From positions 1 through 64,000 of the forward strand of contig JBALDB010000063.1 of the NCBI GenBank assembly GCA_036918135.1: 64,000 nt of DNA. Reading direction: 5' to 3'. Both the position numbers and the translations under genes were made by a program. The notes beneath the pieces were generated by a model. That model had not been told where the DNA came from and searched no databases. It saw nothing but the letters and a program-made list of their open reading frames with translations. How positions within the stretch are numbered: the first letter of the stretch is position 1; each line of letters opens with the position of its first letter. This document shows positions 8,441 to 19,318 of the stretch, one piece after another. Source of the stretch: Nostoc sp. GTDB taxonomy: Bacteria; Cyanobacteriota; Cyanobacteriia; Cyanobacteriales; Nostocaceae.

Positions 8441-8500
8441 TTGCACAGGTGTGCAAGAGTAAAGATAAGCTCAATTCAGTTTATACACACGTGTGCATAA
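8441..8500. promoter_or_regulatory. Two LacI-type palindromic operators upstream of the inositol oxygenase gene
   Basis: TTGCACAGGTGTGCAA (8441-8456) and ATACACACGTGTGCAT (8483-8498); centres 42 bp apart. Confidence 0.65.
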
Positions 8501-8554
8501 AACAAAAGCAAAAGTATTATTTAACTCACAAGTCAGTAAAAAAAGTAGGAAGAT

Positions 8555-9451
8555 ATGTCTCAAACTCTAAATCGTCTTACTAAACAAGCTCAAAACAATC
8601 CCTTAGATTCGCTAGAAGAATGGGAAGAAGACTTACTTAATCGCTATCCTGACCCGAATAATATAGTTAAAGAAGGCAAAACTGTTGAAGCGTACAGGAA
8701 TTACGAAACGACTACAAGAAATACAGTCAAAGAGTTTTATCGATTAAATCATATTAATCAAACATATAATTTTGTACTACAAAAAAAGGAAAACTTTCTA
8801 AAGTTAGATAAAAAACAAATGTCTGTTTGGGATGCATTTGAATTTTTGAATCAATTGGTCGATGATTCAGATCCCGATACTGACTTGGATCAGTTACAGC
8901 ACCTATTGCAAACATCAGGAGCTATTCGCGGCGACTCTCACCCTGACTGGATGGTTCTTACCGGCTTGTTTCATGATATGGGAAAGGTACTTTGCCTATT
9001 TGGTGAACCTCAATGGGCTACAGTAGGCGATACCTATCCAGTAGGTTGTGCATTCTCGGATAAAATTGTTTTCTCTGAATTTTTCACAGAAAATCCCGAT
9101 CGCAATAACCCTCTATATAATACCAAGTATGGTGTTTACGAACCGAATTGTGGATTGAGTAACGTACAGATGTCCTGGGGGCACGATGAGTACGTATATT
9201 ATATGCTAAAAAACTATTTACCGGAACCAGCATTGTACATCCTCCGCTATCACTCCTTTTATCCACAACATCGTGAAAATGCATACGAGCATTTGATGGA
9301 TAAACATGATAAAGAAATGTTTAAATGGGTGAAGTTATTCAATCCCTACGATTTGTATTCAAAAAACCCCAATCCTCCTGATTGGCAAAAACTCAGACCA
9401 TACTATGAAGATTTAGCGGCAAAGTATTTGCCTTCCACCTTAAAGTTTTAA
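8555..9451 (+). CDS. hrmE: myo-inositol oxygenase (MIOX; HrmE-like)
   Basis: 'VDDSDPDTD', 'HLLQT', 'HDMGK', 'QWATVGDT', 'SWGHDEY', 'RYHSFY' and 'DLYSK' di-iron MIOX motifs. Confidence 0.85.
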   Translation: MSQTLNRLTKQAQNNPLDSLEEWEEDLLNRYPDPNNIVKEGKTVEAYRNYETTTRNTVKEFYRLNHINQTYNFVLQKKENFLKLDKKQMSVWDAFEFLNQLVDDSDPDTDLDQLQHLLQTSGAIRGDSHPDWMVLTGLFHDMGKVLCLFGEPQWATVGDTYPVGCAFSDKIVFSEFFTENPDRNNPLYNTKYGVYEPNCGLSNVQMSWGHDEYVYYMLKNYLPEPALYILRYHSFYPQHRENAYEHLMDKHDKEMFKWVKLFNPYDLYSKNPNPPDWQKLRPYYEDLAAKYLPSTLKF

Positions 9452-10224
9452 AGACTCTATTCAAAACTTCCTACTTATAGAAGTAGGGGTCTGTGACTCC
9501 CAGTAGGAACAGGAAATAGGAAAGACTTTTCCCTGTTCCCTATTAGGTTTTTTCGAGAATTGAGGAGAAATAAAAAGTAAATACATTTCAAAGGTATATT
9601 TGAGTCAGTTTGAAAACAAGCTTTCAGGAGATTTATCAATATATATTGCTATCTGACAAGAGAATATCAACTTTCAAATCAAACTACTTAGTAAGCTCTT
9701 AATTCTTCTGAATACGATTTAAGTTACATTTATTAACTTTTATCAAATCATGAGTTAAGTACAAATTACTAATTTTTACAAATGTTTGGAGTACAAATTT
9801 GAAATTACCAAGAGATTCAATAGGATTCTATAGTTTGTAAAGATAGTTAAATTGAGTTCGTTTTTGTAACAGTACAGGATAAACTGAAAGAAAGTCAAAT
9901 ACAATTTAGAAATCATCAAACTTGATAAAATACTGTTGTATAAGCTTTAGCTAACAACTGTTTTTATCCTGAGAGAGTTACAAATTTTTAGTTTCATAAA
10001 AATGTTAGTTTGGAAGCAAAGATTGTTTAAAATTTTGCTTTATTAAACAAGATATTTAATGAAATTAATAAATTAGATAAAATATATTATTAAAATTTAA
10101 AATAAGTTTAAATTGCTCAATTTTATCTCTAAATTATCATAAATAGTTAAGATAGTGATGACTTTGCAGATGAAGATGAGGCTGAATTTTTCAGATTTGA
10201 ATACCTTGTTATTAATCGAATAAT

Positions 10225-11238
10225 ATGAAGATAATTGCGCTTGCAGTGAGCTTATTAGGTTTAGTTAGTAGTACTATTGTAGGTTGCACAAATGGCTCTC
10301 AAAATAGCAACGCTACTATTAATACTGATACTAAGATAGCTACCAATACTAGTTTAGAAAATCAGGTTAGTACTGCAAAGAGAAAATTACAAACAGTCGG
10401 TGTTGCTCTTGGCGATTTGGGTAATCCCTTTTATGTAGCAATGGAAAAAGGCGCCGAAGAACAAGCGAAGAAACTTGGCAATAATATCAGAGTTAATGCA
10501 GTGTCGAGTGCTTTTGACCTGAACCAACAAACCAACCAAATCGAAAATTTTACATCGGCGAATACTGACCTAATTATCCTGAGTGCGGTTGACAAAAAAG
10601 GAATTAAACCAGCAATTGATGGCGCGAGAAACGCAGGTAGAGTTGTGATTGCAGTAGATTCAGCCGTTGATGCAGATGTGGATGCGATGATTAGCTCTAA
10701 CAACACGCAAGCTGGTGAGATTGCTTGCCAATATATTGGCGATCGCCTCAAAGGTCAAGGTAGTGTAGTCATCCTCAACGGTACACCGATGGACTCAATC
10801 AATCAGCGAGTGAGTGGTTGTAAGAATTCATTATCTAAATATCCTGACATAAAAATCATCTCAGACCAAAACGCCGAAGGGACTAGAGATGGAGGACTTA
10901 GAGTCATGAGCGATTTGCTGACAACTTTCCCTAAAATTGATGCCGTTTTTGCCACTAACGATCAAAGCGGTGTAGGCGCAGATTTAGCAGCTAGACAAGC
11001 AAAACGTAAAGAATTTTTTATTGTTGGGGTTGACGGTTCACCAGATGCAACCAAAGCAATGGAAGACAAAAATGGTGTATTTGCAGCAACTGCTGCTCAA
11101 AATCCCGCACAGATGGCGCAAAAAGCAGTTGAGATTGGCAACGATCTAATCCAAGGCAAAAAACCTAGTGATTCCGAGATTTTAATTCCAGTCAAGTTAG
11201 TCACCAAAGACAACCTCAGCACTTATGAAGGCTGGTAA
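10225..11238 (+). CDS. frtA1: Sugar ABC transporter substrate-binding lipoprotein (FrtA1-like)
   Basis: Lipobox IVGC; RbsB-like 'NPFY', 'D..QQ..QIENF', 'VGVDG'; synteny with the Nostoc frt-glcP-oprB cluster. Confidence 0.8.
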   Translation: MKIIALAVSLLGLVSSTIVGCTNGSQNSNATINTDTKIATNTSLENQVSTAKRKLQTVGVALGDLGNPFYVAMEKGAEEQAKKLGNNIRVNAVSSAFDLNQQTNQIENFTSANTDLIILSAVDKKGIKPAIDGARNAGRVVIAVDSAVDADVDAMISSNNTQAGEIACQYIGDRLKGQGSVVILNGTPMDSINQRVSGCKNSLSKYPDIKIISDQNAEGTRDGGLRVMSDLLTTFPKIDAVFATNDQSGVGADLAARQAKRKEFFIVGVDGSPDATKAMEDKNGVFAATAAQNPAQMAQKAVEIGNDLIQGKKPSDSEILIPVKLVTKDNLSTYEGW

Positions 11239-11263
11239 GTATTTAATCACCTTGAGGAGATAT

Positions 11264-12259
11264 ATGAATGTGAAAAAAATTGCGATCGCAGCTAGCATAT
11301 TAGGTCTGCTCAGTAGTACTGTTATTGGTTGCACAAATAACTCTCAAAATGGCAACACCGCTAATACTAGTGCAGCGAGTAAGGGTGTTGGAGATACAAA
11401 ATTACGAGCAGTTGGTTTCACCGTTGGCGATTTAAGTAACCCCTTCTTCGTCGTTATGGGACAGGCAGTTGAGGCAGCAGCAAAGAAATTTGGGGGTAAT
11501 GATGTCAAAGTTATTGTCGCTTCCAGTGCCTATGACCTCAACCAACAAACCAATCAAATTGAAAATTTCATTGCGGCGAATACTGACATCATTGTTTTGA
11601 ATGCTGCTGATAAAAGTGGCATTCAGCCAGCAGTTGAAAGAGCCAAACAAGCAGGCAAAATTGTGATTGCGGTAGATACAGGTGCTGACGGAGGTGTGGA
11701 TGCCACCATTACAACTAATAATATCAAAGCTGGAGAACTGGGTTGCCAATATATTGCTGACCGCCTCAAAGGCAAAGGCAATGTAGTCATAGTTAACGGC
11801 CCTCCGGTGGAATCGGTGCTTCAACGAGTTAGTGGTTGCGAAAAGGTATTGTCCAAATATCCCGATTTAAAAATACTTTCTAAAAACCAGAATGCAGAAG
11901 GGAGTAGGGATGGAGGACTTAGAGTCATGACTGATTTGCTAACAACCTTTCCGAAAATTGATGCTGTTTTTGCGATTAACGATCCGAGTGGGGTGGGAGC
12001 AGAACTAGCAGCTAATCAAGCACGACGTAAAGATTTCTTTATTGTTGGGGTTGATGGTGCGCCAGAAGCAATCAAAGCGATCGCTGACAAAAATGGTATA
12101 TATGCTGCAACTGCTACTCAAAATCCCAGAGGTATGGCTACAGAAGCAGTCAAGGTTGGTAACGACATCTTGAATGGTAAAAAACCTAGTAATTCCACCA
12201 TTCTGCTGACACCCAAGCTGATTACAAAAGATAACGTCAGCACAGAAAAAGGTTGGTAA
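11264..12259 (+). CDS. frtA2: Sugar ABC transporter substrate-binding lipoprotein (FrtA2-like), paralog of the upstream gene
   Basis: ATG 11264 after GAGGAG; lipobox VIGC; strong similarity to 10225-11238. Confidence 0.8.
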   Translation: MNVKKIAIAASILGLLSSTVIGCTNNSQNGNTANTSAASKGVGDTKLRAVGFTVGDLSNPFFVVMGQAVEAAAKKFGGNDVKVIVASSAYDLNQQTNQIENFIAANTDIIVLNAADKSGIQPAVERAKQAGKIVIAVDTGADGGVDATITTNNIKAGELGCQYIADRLKGKGNVVIVNGPPVESVLQRVSGCEKVLSKYPDLKILSKNQNAEGSRDGGLRVMTDLLTTFPKIDAVFAINDPSGVGAELAANQARRKDFFIVGVDGAPEAIKAIADKNGIYAATATQNPRGMATEAVKVGNDILNGKKPSNSTILLTPKLITKDNVSTEKGW

Positions 12260-12401
12260 GTAATCACAATTGTGAAAGTCAGCGATCTGGTAAGTTTTCT
12301 CAAGATGATTTTGTAACGGCTTTCATTTCATATCAAATATGATTTTCGAGAATTTTTAAGTTAAAAACGCAAATTTTCAATTGTTTTTAGAGGCATAGTT
12401 C

Positions 12402-13955
12402 ATGACAACAAGTATTGAAACCTCTTTTCCTCATCTACCAACAGCTACCCCTGTATTAGAAATGCAAGGGATTGCTAAACGATTTAATGGTGTACCTGCC
12501 CTGCAAAATGTTAATCTCACAATTTACCCCGGAGAAGTTCATGCCCTCATGGGTGAGAACGGAGCAGGCAAAAGCACATTAATGAAGATCCTGGCTGGGG
12601 CTTACATTGCTGATGAAGGCGAGATTCGTATCAACGGTAGCCCTGTAAAAATTACCGATCCGGCTTCAGCACGCAAGGCAGGTATCAATCTCATTTATCA
12701 AGAACTGAACGTCGCACCTAATTTAACCGTTGCCGAAAATATTTTTATGGGTAGCGAGTTGCGCCGAGGTCAGCTTTTAGACCGCAAAGGTATGGAACTG
12801 GAAGCAGAGAAAGTGCTTCAAAGCCTGGGAGCCAGTTTTACACCACAAACAGTGGTTGGTAGCTTGGTAGTCGCCGAACAACAGCAGGTGGAAATTGCGC
12901 GGGCGCTGAAGGACAATAGCCGCGTTTTGGTAATGGACGAGCCAACAGCAGCACTATCTGACCGCGAAACAGAGCGCTTGTTTGAGGTAATTCGCAGACT
13001 AAAAAGCGACGGTATTGCCATTATCTACATTAGTCACCGCATGGAAGAAATATATGCATTGGCTGACCGGATTAGCGTGTTGCGCGATGGTCAATACATT
13101 GGCAGTTTGACGCGGGATGAAATTTCTGCACAGCGATTGGTGCAGATGATGGTCGGTCGCTCAATGCAAGACTTTTACGAACATCAACGGCAAACCAATC
13201 CCGGCCCAGTGAGATTGGAAGTCACAAATATCAGTGATGGACGCAAGGTTGAGCCAACTAGTTTTCAACTTCGCGCTGGCGAAATTGTCGGTCTAGCGGG
13301 GCTAGTTGGTGCAGGACGCACGGAAGTATGCCGGCTGATTTTTGGTGCGGATCGCAAAACAAGTGGTGAAGTCTTCCTGAATGGGATGAAACTTAATATT
13401 AATAGCCCCGGTGATGCCATTGCTGCTGGAATTGGTTACGTCCCAGAAGATCGCAAAGACCAAGGTTTATTTCTAGAGATGAGTTCCCGTAAGAATATTG
13501 CCATTAATACACTCAAGCAAGATGCAAAGGGTGGTGTCGTCAACTGGGGTTCAGTCAATCTCTTAGCGACGCAAGCGGTGGAAGACTTCAATATCCGGCT
13601 GGCGAATTTGGAAATTAGAGCAGTGGATCTTTCTGGTGGTAATCAGCAGAAACTATTATTGGCGCGTTGGTTAGCGATTAAGCCGAGAGTACTGATGTTG
13701 GATGAGCCGACACGCGGCGTAGATATCGGTGCTAAAAGTGAAATTTACCGAATTATCAGCGAGTTAGCAGCCCAAGGTGTTGCGGTTCTGATGGTTTCCA
13801 GCGAACTACCGGAGGTTGTGGGCTTGAGCGATCGCGTCTTAGTGATGCGAGAAGGAGAGCTAGTAGGCGAACTCGACGGCAGTCTTGGTAAAGAAATTAC
13901 CCAAGAAAATATTATGCACTATGCAACTGGAGCATCGGAGGTATCAGCATCATGA
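12402..13955 (+). CDS. frtB: Sugar ABC transporter ATP-binding protein (RbsA-like, two ABC domains)
   Basis: [32 protein letters not shown]. Confidence 0.9.
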   Translation: MTTSIETSFPHLPTATPVLEMQGIAKRFNGVPALQNVNLTIYPGEVHALMGENGAGKSTLMKILAGAYIADEGEIRINGSPVKITDPASARKAGINLIYQELNVAPNLTVAENIFMGSELRRGQLLDRKGMELEAEKVLQSLGASFTPQTVVGSLVVAEQQQVEIARALKDNSRVLVMDEPTAALSDRETERLFEVIRRLKSDGIAIIYISHRMEEIYALADRISVLRDGQYIGSLTRDEISAQRLVQMMVGRSMQDFYEHQRQTNPGPVRLEVTNISDGRKVEPTSFQLRAGEIVGLAGLVGAGRTEVCRLIFGADRKTSGEVFLNGMKLNINSPGDAIAAGIGYVPEDRKDQGLFLEMSSRKNIAINTLKQDAKGGVVNWGSVNLLATQAVEDFNIRLANLEIRAVDLSGGNQQKLLLARWLAIKPRVLMLDEPTRGVDIGAKSEIYRIISELAAQGVAVLMVSSELPEVVGLSDRVLVMREGELVGELDGSLGKEITQENIMHYATGASEVSAS

Positions 13956-14950
13956 GTCAGACAATCAGGCCAGTCAATAATAGAACAGACAAGAATTCAA
14001 CGCAGCGCAACCGCAAATCAATCAGCACTTTGCTTGAAGTTGCAGGTATTCTGCCGATTCTAATAATTATCTGCATCTTATTTACATTCCTTTCTCCCAG
14101 CTTCCTCACAGGCGCTAATATCGTTAATATATTGCGTCAGGCATCAATCAATATTGTGCTGGCAACGGGAATGACGTTTGTAATTCTGACTGGAGGTATT
14201 GACCTTTCAGTTGGATCAATATTGGCTGTTTCTGCCGTAGTCACGGTGCTGGTATCGCTACTTCCGGCTATCGGTTGGGCGGCTATACCTGCTGGTTTGC
14301 TTGCAGGATTGGTTTTAGGTTTAATTAACGGCGCTCTGATCACTTTTTTGGATGTGCCACCTTTTATCGTCACGCTGGGTTCACTGACTGCCTTGCGGGG
14401 TGTTGCCTTTTTAGTTGCCAATGGTACAACGGTTATTAACCGTGAGATAAATTTTGCTTGGATAGGCAATAGCTATGTCGGCCCCCTGCCTTGGCTGGTA
14501 ATCATTGCCCTACTGAGTATAGTAGTGAGTTGGTTTGTCCTGCGACAAACTGTTTTAGGGGTGCAAATATATGCAGTGGGTGGTAACGAGCGAGCCGCAC
14601 GATTAACTGGGATTAAAGTCGATCGGGTATTGCTATTTGTCTATGGCGTCAGTGGATTACTGGCAGGTTTAGCAGGAATAATGAGTGCCAGCCGTCTTTA
14701 TAGTGCTAGTGGCATCGTCGGTACTGGTTACGAATTGGATGCGATCGCTGCTGTTATTCTAGGTGGAACCAGCTTTACAGGTGGTATTGGTACTATTGGC
14801 GGTACTCTTCTAGGTGCATTAATTATTGCTATTCTCAACAACGGTTTAACTTTGTTGAACCTATCTTACTTCTGGCAACTAGTTGTCAAAGGACTAGTAA
14901 TTATTTTGGCAGTAATGATAGATCGGTTACGCAGACGTTCTAGACGGTAA
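13952..14950 (+). CDS. frtC: Sugar ABC transporter permease (RbsC-like)
   Basis: 'GGIDLSVGS', '[15 protein letters not shown]', '[13 protein letters not shown]'. Confidence 0.9.
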   Translation: MSQTIRPVNNRTDKNSTQRNRKSISTLLEVAGILPILIIICILFTFLSPSFLTGANIVNILRQASINIVLATGMTFVILTGGIDLSVGSILAVSAVVTVLVSLLPAIGWAAIPAGLLAGLVLGLINGALITFLDVPPFIVTLGSLTALRGVAFLVANGTTVINREINFAWIGNSYVGPLPWLVIIALLSIVVSWFVLRQTVLGVQIYAVGGNERAARLTGIKVDRVLLFVYGVSGLLAGLAGIMSASRLYSASGIVGTGYELDAIAAVILGGTSFTGGIGTIGGTLLGALIIAILNNGLTLLNLSYFWQLVVKGLVIILAVMIDRLRRRSRR

Positions 14951-15044
14951 AGAAGGAAATAGGCAGCTTACAGGGTACAGATTATTCACTATAACCTGTC
15001 ACCTCTTTCCCAATACCCCATACCTAATCCCCAATATATAAACT

Positions 15045-16445
15045 ATGTCTTCCACTACTATTCGTCGTAAAGCCAACACGTTTTATGTAATTTTGATTGC
15101 TGGTGCTGCGGCACTCGGCGGGTTTTTATTCGGTTTTGACACTGCTGTAATCAACGGTGCAGTTTTATCTCTAGCAAAAGCTTTTAATACCAGTAGTTGG
15201 GTAACAGGGCTAGCAGTGTCCCTAGCGCTGCTGGGGTCTGCGGTAGGAGCCTTCTTTGCCGGACAGATTGCAGACCGTTATGGTCGAATTAACGCAATGG
15301 TGGTCGCTTCCGGGTTGTTTACTATCAGTGCCATTGGCTCTGGGATAGCCTTTACTATCTGGGATTTTATCTTTTGGCGATTATTGGGTGGGATTGGCAT
15401 CGGTGTTGCTAGCGTTATCGCGCCGGCTTACATTGCCGAATGTTCTCCCACCCATTTGCGAGGAAGGTTAGGATCTCTGCAACAATTAGCGATCGTAGTC
15501 GGAATTTTTATCGCCTTATTGAGCGACTACTTTATCGCTGTAACAGCAGGTTCAGCAGACTCGCCGTTTTTGTTTGGGGTTGCAGCTTGGCGCTGGATGT
15601 TTTGGACAGCAGTCCCGCCAGCAGTATTCTACGGGATGATCGCTTTAACAATTCCGGAATCTCCCCGTTATTTGGTTGCTAAAGGACGAGAACCAGAAGC
15701 TGCTAACGTTCTGACCAAGATTTTAGGAGGTGACGTACTGCCAAAAATCGAAGAAATTCGGCAGACAGTGCTGCGCGAACGCCAACCTAAATTTTCTGAC
15801 CTTTTAAGCAGGAGTGGCGGACTCCTACCAATTGTTTGGATAGGAATAGGCTTATCTGTATTACAGCAATTTGTTGGGATTAATGTAATCTTTTACTACA
15901 GCAGCGTTTTGTGGCGTGCTGTTGGGTTTTCCGAAAAAGATTCCCTATCAATTACGGTGATTACAGGAGCCGTCAATATTATTACAACACTGATTGCGAT
16001 CGCCTTTGTAGATAAATTTGGCCGCAAACCCTTACTGATAATCGGGTCAATCGGCATGACCGTAACCTTGGGGACGATGGCTTATCTGTTTGGCAATGCT
16101 CCCCTCGATGCTGCTGGGAACCCCAATCTTACCGGAAGCGCCGGGACTATAGCTCTCATCGCAGCCAACCTCTATGTATTTTGCTTCGGTTTCTCTTGGG
16201 GGCCAGTGGTTTGGGTGCTGTTGGGAGAAATGTTTAATAACAAAATTCGAGCCGCCGCACTTTCGATTGCTGCTGCAATGCAATGGGTTGCCAATTTCCT
16301 CATTTCCACAACATTTCCTCCGATACTGCAATATTTCGGTCTAGGTTCTGCCTATGGACTTTATACAATTGCAGCAGCTACCTCATTCTTTTTCATTCTC
16401 TTTTTTATTAAAGAAACCAAAGGAATTGAGTTGGAAGATATGTAA
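15045..16445 (+). CDS. glcP: MFS sugar porter, glucose permease
   Basis: 'GGFLFGFDTAVING', 'DRYGR', 'PESPR', 'QQFVGINVIFYY', 'ETKG'. Confidence 0.9.
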   Translation: MSSTTIRRKANTFYVILIAGAAALGGFLFGFDTAVINGAVLSLAKAFNTSSWVTGLAVSLALLGSAVGAFFAGQIADRYGRINAMVVASGLFTISAIGSGIAFTIWDFIFWRLLGGIGIGVASVIAPAYIAECSPTHLRGRLGSLQQLAIVVGIFIALLSDYFIAVTAGSADSPFLFGVAAWRWMFWTAVPPAVFYGMIALTIPESPRYLVAKGREPEAANVLTKILGGDVLPKIEEIRQTVLRERQPKFSDLLSRSGGLLPIVWIGIGLSVLQQFVGINVIFYYSSVLWRAVGFSEKDSLSITVITGAVNIITTLIAIAFVDKFGRKPLLIIGSIGMTVTLGTMAYLFGNAPLDAAGNPNLTGSAGTIALIAANLYVFCFGFSWGPVVWVLLGEMFNNKIRAAALSIAAAMQWVANFLISTTFPPILQYFGLGSAYGLYTIAAATSFFFILFFIKETKGIELEDM

Positions 16446-16581
16446 TTGGCATCCATCTAGTATTCTCTGTGCGTAATTCATAATTTGTATCTTTGTGTCC
16501 TCTGCGTCTGGAGCGGTTGTTAAAAAAAGACTTTGACAAATAGTTTTAGCCTTGTACCGATTATCGGCTTTGTTGAATAGA

Positions 16582-16603
16582 ACAAGGGGCTTAAGCCCCT
16601 TGT
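16582..16603. repeat. Perfect 22-bp palindrome (REP/SDR-like)
   Basis: ACAAGGGGCTTAAGCCCCTTGT. Confidence 0.7.
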
Positions 16604-16652
16604 CTCCCCAAGCGTGATTTGATGGAGTTTTATAAACAATTGGCTTGGGATT

Positions 16653-17036
16653 ATACCAATTTTAAAAAAGAATGCGACAGATATACATCTCCAAAACCTT
16701 ATCCTGTCTAAATTTTTAATTTTTAATTTTTAATTTTGAATTGGTATTAGATGGGGTTGATAGCAACAGATAAATTCCAACCTTCTGCCTCCTGCCTTCT
16801 TCACAACTAATGACTGCAAAGTAATTGAAAAGTATGCAGCAGTGTGTTTATAAATACAAAATTTTCTTAATTATTATGAGTCTGTATTCACATCTGTGAT
16901 GCTACATCGCAAAAAAATATTAGACAACAACTAATACCAATTCAATTAATGATTGCAATACATCTTTGGGTAAAGACGCGATGAATCGCGTCTCTACAAA
17001 CGATCTATTTGTCGCATTCTTTTTTCAAATTGATAT
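16653..17036. repeat. Two related ~100-bp MITE-like elements (16653-16747, 16934-17036) in inverted orientation
   Basis: Termini ATACCAATT/AATTG(G/A)TAT; shared AAAAAAGAATGCGACA / TGTCGCATTCTTTTTT; second copy contains palindrome AGACGCGATGAATCGCGTCT (16974-16993). Confidence 0.6.
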
Positions 17037-17154
17037 AAATATAATCTCTCGCTTCAGTAAATCAGCTGATTAGCTTTGAAGTTGGAAGCTTTGGTTCGAG
17101 TGCAATCTATTTAGTTACAAATTCAGAATTAAACCATTTTCAAATAATAAGCCA

Positions 17155-18771
17155 ATGCTAAAAATTATTTTTCATAGCTTTTTTCTTCTATTTTTGGCAA
17201 TTCCAGGAGTTTGGGCAGCACCTCCAGAAGATGATTCTAATGCAATAGATGCTAATCGGAATTTGCAGGGACAAGTAAATTCTGTTTCCCAGTTTTCTGA
17301 TGTACAACCAACTGATTGGGCGTTTGGTGCATTGCAATCGCTGGTCGAACGCTACGGCTGTATTGCGGGTTATCCCAATTCCACCTATCGCGGTAACCGT
17401 GCTTTAACCCGTTATGAGTTTGCCGCAGGTTTAAATGCCTGCTTAGATCGAGTTAATGAATTAATTGCCACAGCTACTGGCGATTTAGTTAATAAGCAAG
17501 ACTTGGCAGTGCTGCAAAAGTTGCAGACAGATTTTGCAACAGAATTGGCAACTCTGCGCGGGCGAGTGGATACCCTGGAAACGCATACAGCAAAGCTGGA
17601 GACACAGCAGTTTTCCACTACTACTAGGCTGAATGCTCAAATTATTACCGCGGTTAGTGATACCTTTGGTGATAGAGTAGGTGGCGATACCGATGATAGC
17701 CAAGTCTACTTTGCAAACCGGGGTCGTCTCAACTTTGAGAGCAGTTTCACAGGCAAAGATTTATTACGAGTCCGGCTGGAGTTTGGTAACTTTGGAAATT
17801 CCACCAATGGTGCGAGTCAAATTGCAGCAGCAACAGGCACAGGGATGACACGCCTGAACTTCGATTATGACAACAACGATACACTTTTTGCTCCCCACAT
17901 CCGTTATTACTTCCCAGTCAGTGATTCTCTTAACTTTGTTATTGGGCCTACAGGTATTGGTTACACTGATATTTCAACCACCGTCACTCCCGCTACAATT
18001 GCTGACGACGGCAATGGCGTTCCCTCACTTTTTGGTTCATATAGTCCCTTATTCCGCCGAGGTGGCGGCGGTGCAGCCGCTAACTGGAACATTACCAAAG
18101 ACTTGGTTCTCACCTTGGGCTATTTAGCAAACACTCCCAATACGCCATCACAAAGTAACGGCTTGTTTAATGGCGGCTACAACGCCTTAGCACACTTAGC
18201 TTATTACGGTAAGCAAGGAGCAATAGGTGTTGCCTACTCTCACGGCTATAGCCCTGGTGGAATAATCGATATCGCAGCTGGGACGGGTAGCGTCTTGGCA
18301 AACGCTCCTTTTGGCAACAATATTGCTACTTCCAACGATATTGTAGGCGCACAGGGATTCTATCGCTTCTCCCCGAATTTTCAAATTCACGCTTGGGGTG
18401 GATATATTTGGGCAAATGCCCACAGCTCTGGTTTGAGTGATATTTCCAATGGTCGGGGTGGAACAGATTCTCTATTCGTTAACAATGGTGAGAGTGCCAA
18501 TGTCTGGTTTGGTGCGGTCGGCGTATCCTTTCCCGATGTGGGGGGTAGAGGTAATCTGCCAGGATTTCTGTTTGGTTTACCACCGCGTGTTTCTAACAGT
18601 GATGTCCGTGAAGAGGGCGACACCTCTTACCACCTTGAAGCATTCTATCGCTTACGAATGAACGACCACATTTCAGTGACTCCTGGTTTTTGGGTGATTC
18701 TCAACCCAGAAAACAACAGCGAAAATGATACTCAATATGTGGGAGTAGTTCGTACAACTTTCGATTTTTAA
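17155..18771 (+). CDS. oprB: Carbohydrate-selective porin with SLH domain (OprB family)
   Basis: Signal peptide; SLH 'SDVQPTDWAF.ALQSLVERYGCIAGYP'; beta-barrel ending 'RTTFDF'; located in the sugar cluster. Confidence 0.85.
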   Translation: MLKIIFHSFFLLFLAIPGVWAAPPEDDSNAIDANRNLQGQVNSVSQFSDVQPTDWAFGALQSLVERYGCIAGYPNSTYRGNRALTRYEFAAGLNACLDRVNELIATATGDLVNKQDLAVLQKLQTDFATELATLRGRVDTLETHTAKLETQQFSTTTRLNAQIITAVSDTFGDRVGGDTDDSQVYFANRGRLNFESSFTGKDLLRVRLEFGNFGNSTNGASQIAAATGTGMTRLNFDYDNNDTLFAPHIRYYFPVSDSLNFVIGPTGIGYTDISTTVTPATIADDGNGVPSLFGSYSPLFRRGGGGAAANWNITKDLVLTLGYLANTPNTPSQSNGLFNGGYNALAHLAYYGKQGAIGVAYSHGYSPGGIIDIAAGTGSVLANAPFGNNIATSNDIVGAQGFYRFSPNFQIHAWGGYIWANAHSSGLSDISNGRGGTDSLFVNNGESANVWFGAVGVSFPDVGGRGNLPGFLFGLPPRVSNSDVREEGDTSYHLEAFYRLRMNDHISVTPGFWVILNPENNSENDTQYVGVVRTTFDF

Positions 18772-18800
18772 ATTGAAAAAGAGTATGGGGTATGTTGAGT

Positions 18801-18896
18801 GTTATAGCAGGGGGCAGAAGGCAGGAGGTAAAACATATACTATTCTTAACATCCACGCTTTCAAGATGTCCTAATCTTTAATTCGCTTGCTATAAC
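18801..18896. repeat. MITE-like element, TIR GTTATAGCA/TGCTATAAC
   Basis: Reverse-complement relative of 47517-47619 (shared ATGTCCTAATC, CACGCTT, TACTATTC, GGAGGTAAAA). Confidence 0.65.
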
Positions 18897-18936
18897 TGCT
18901 GGGTTACGATTGCTATAGTTTGGATTTCAGAAGCTC

Positions 18937-19272
18937 AACGTTCAAGTAAAAAGGTGCAACTTCCAAGTTCAAAGGCTCAACATTCAAGCAAAAAGGTGCA
19001 ACTTCCAAGTTCAAAGGCTCAACGTTCAAGTAAAAAGGTGCAACTTCCGAGTTCAAAGGCTCAACGTTCAAGCAAAAAGGTGTAACTTCCGAGTTCAAAG
19101 GCTCAATGTTCAAGCAAAAAGGCTCAACGTTCAAGTAAAAAGGTGTAACTTCCGAGTTCAAAGGCTCAACGTTCAAACAAAAAGACTCAACTTCCAAGTT
19201 CAAAGGCTCAACGTTCAAGCAAAAAGGTGCAACTTCCGAGTTCAGAGGTGGAAGTTTCGAGTTCAGAGGTAG
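18937..19272. repeat. Tandem array of 16 x 21-bp units, mostly alternating A/B (42-bp period)
   Basis: A = AACGTTCAAGYAAAAAGGTGY, B = AACTTCCRAGTTCAAAGGCTC; no spacers. Confidence 0.9.
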
Positions 19273-19318
19273 AAGCAATAATATTTTCCCCTGCTCCCTG
19301 CCCCCATCTTTCCACTTC

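Noticed and set aside
8164..8583. ORFs 8164-8379 and 8395-8583
   Set aside because: TTG starts, no motifs; the second spans the operator region.
18937..19272. CRISPR or TIGR array
   Set aside because: Units abut without unique spacers and no cas or tas gene is nearby.
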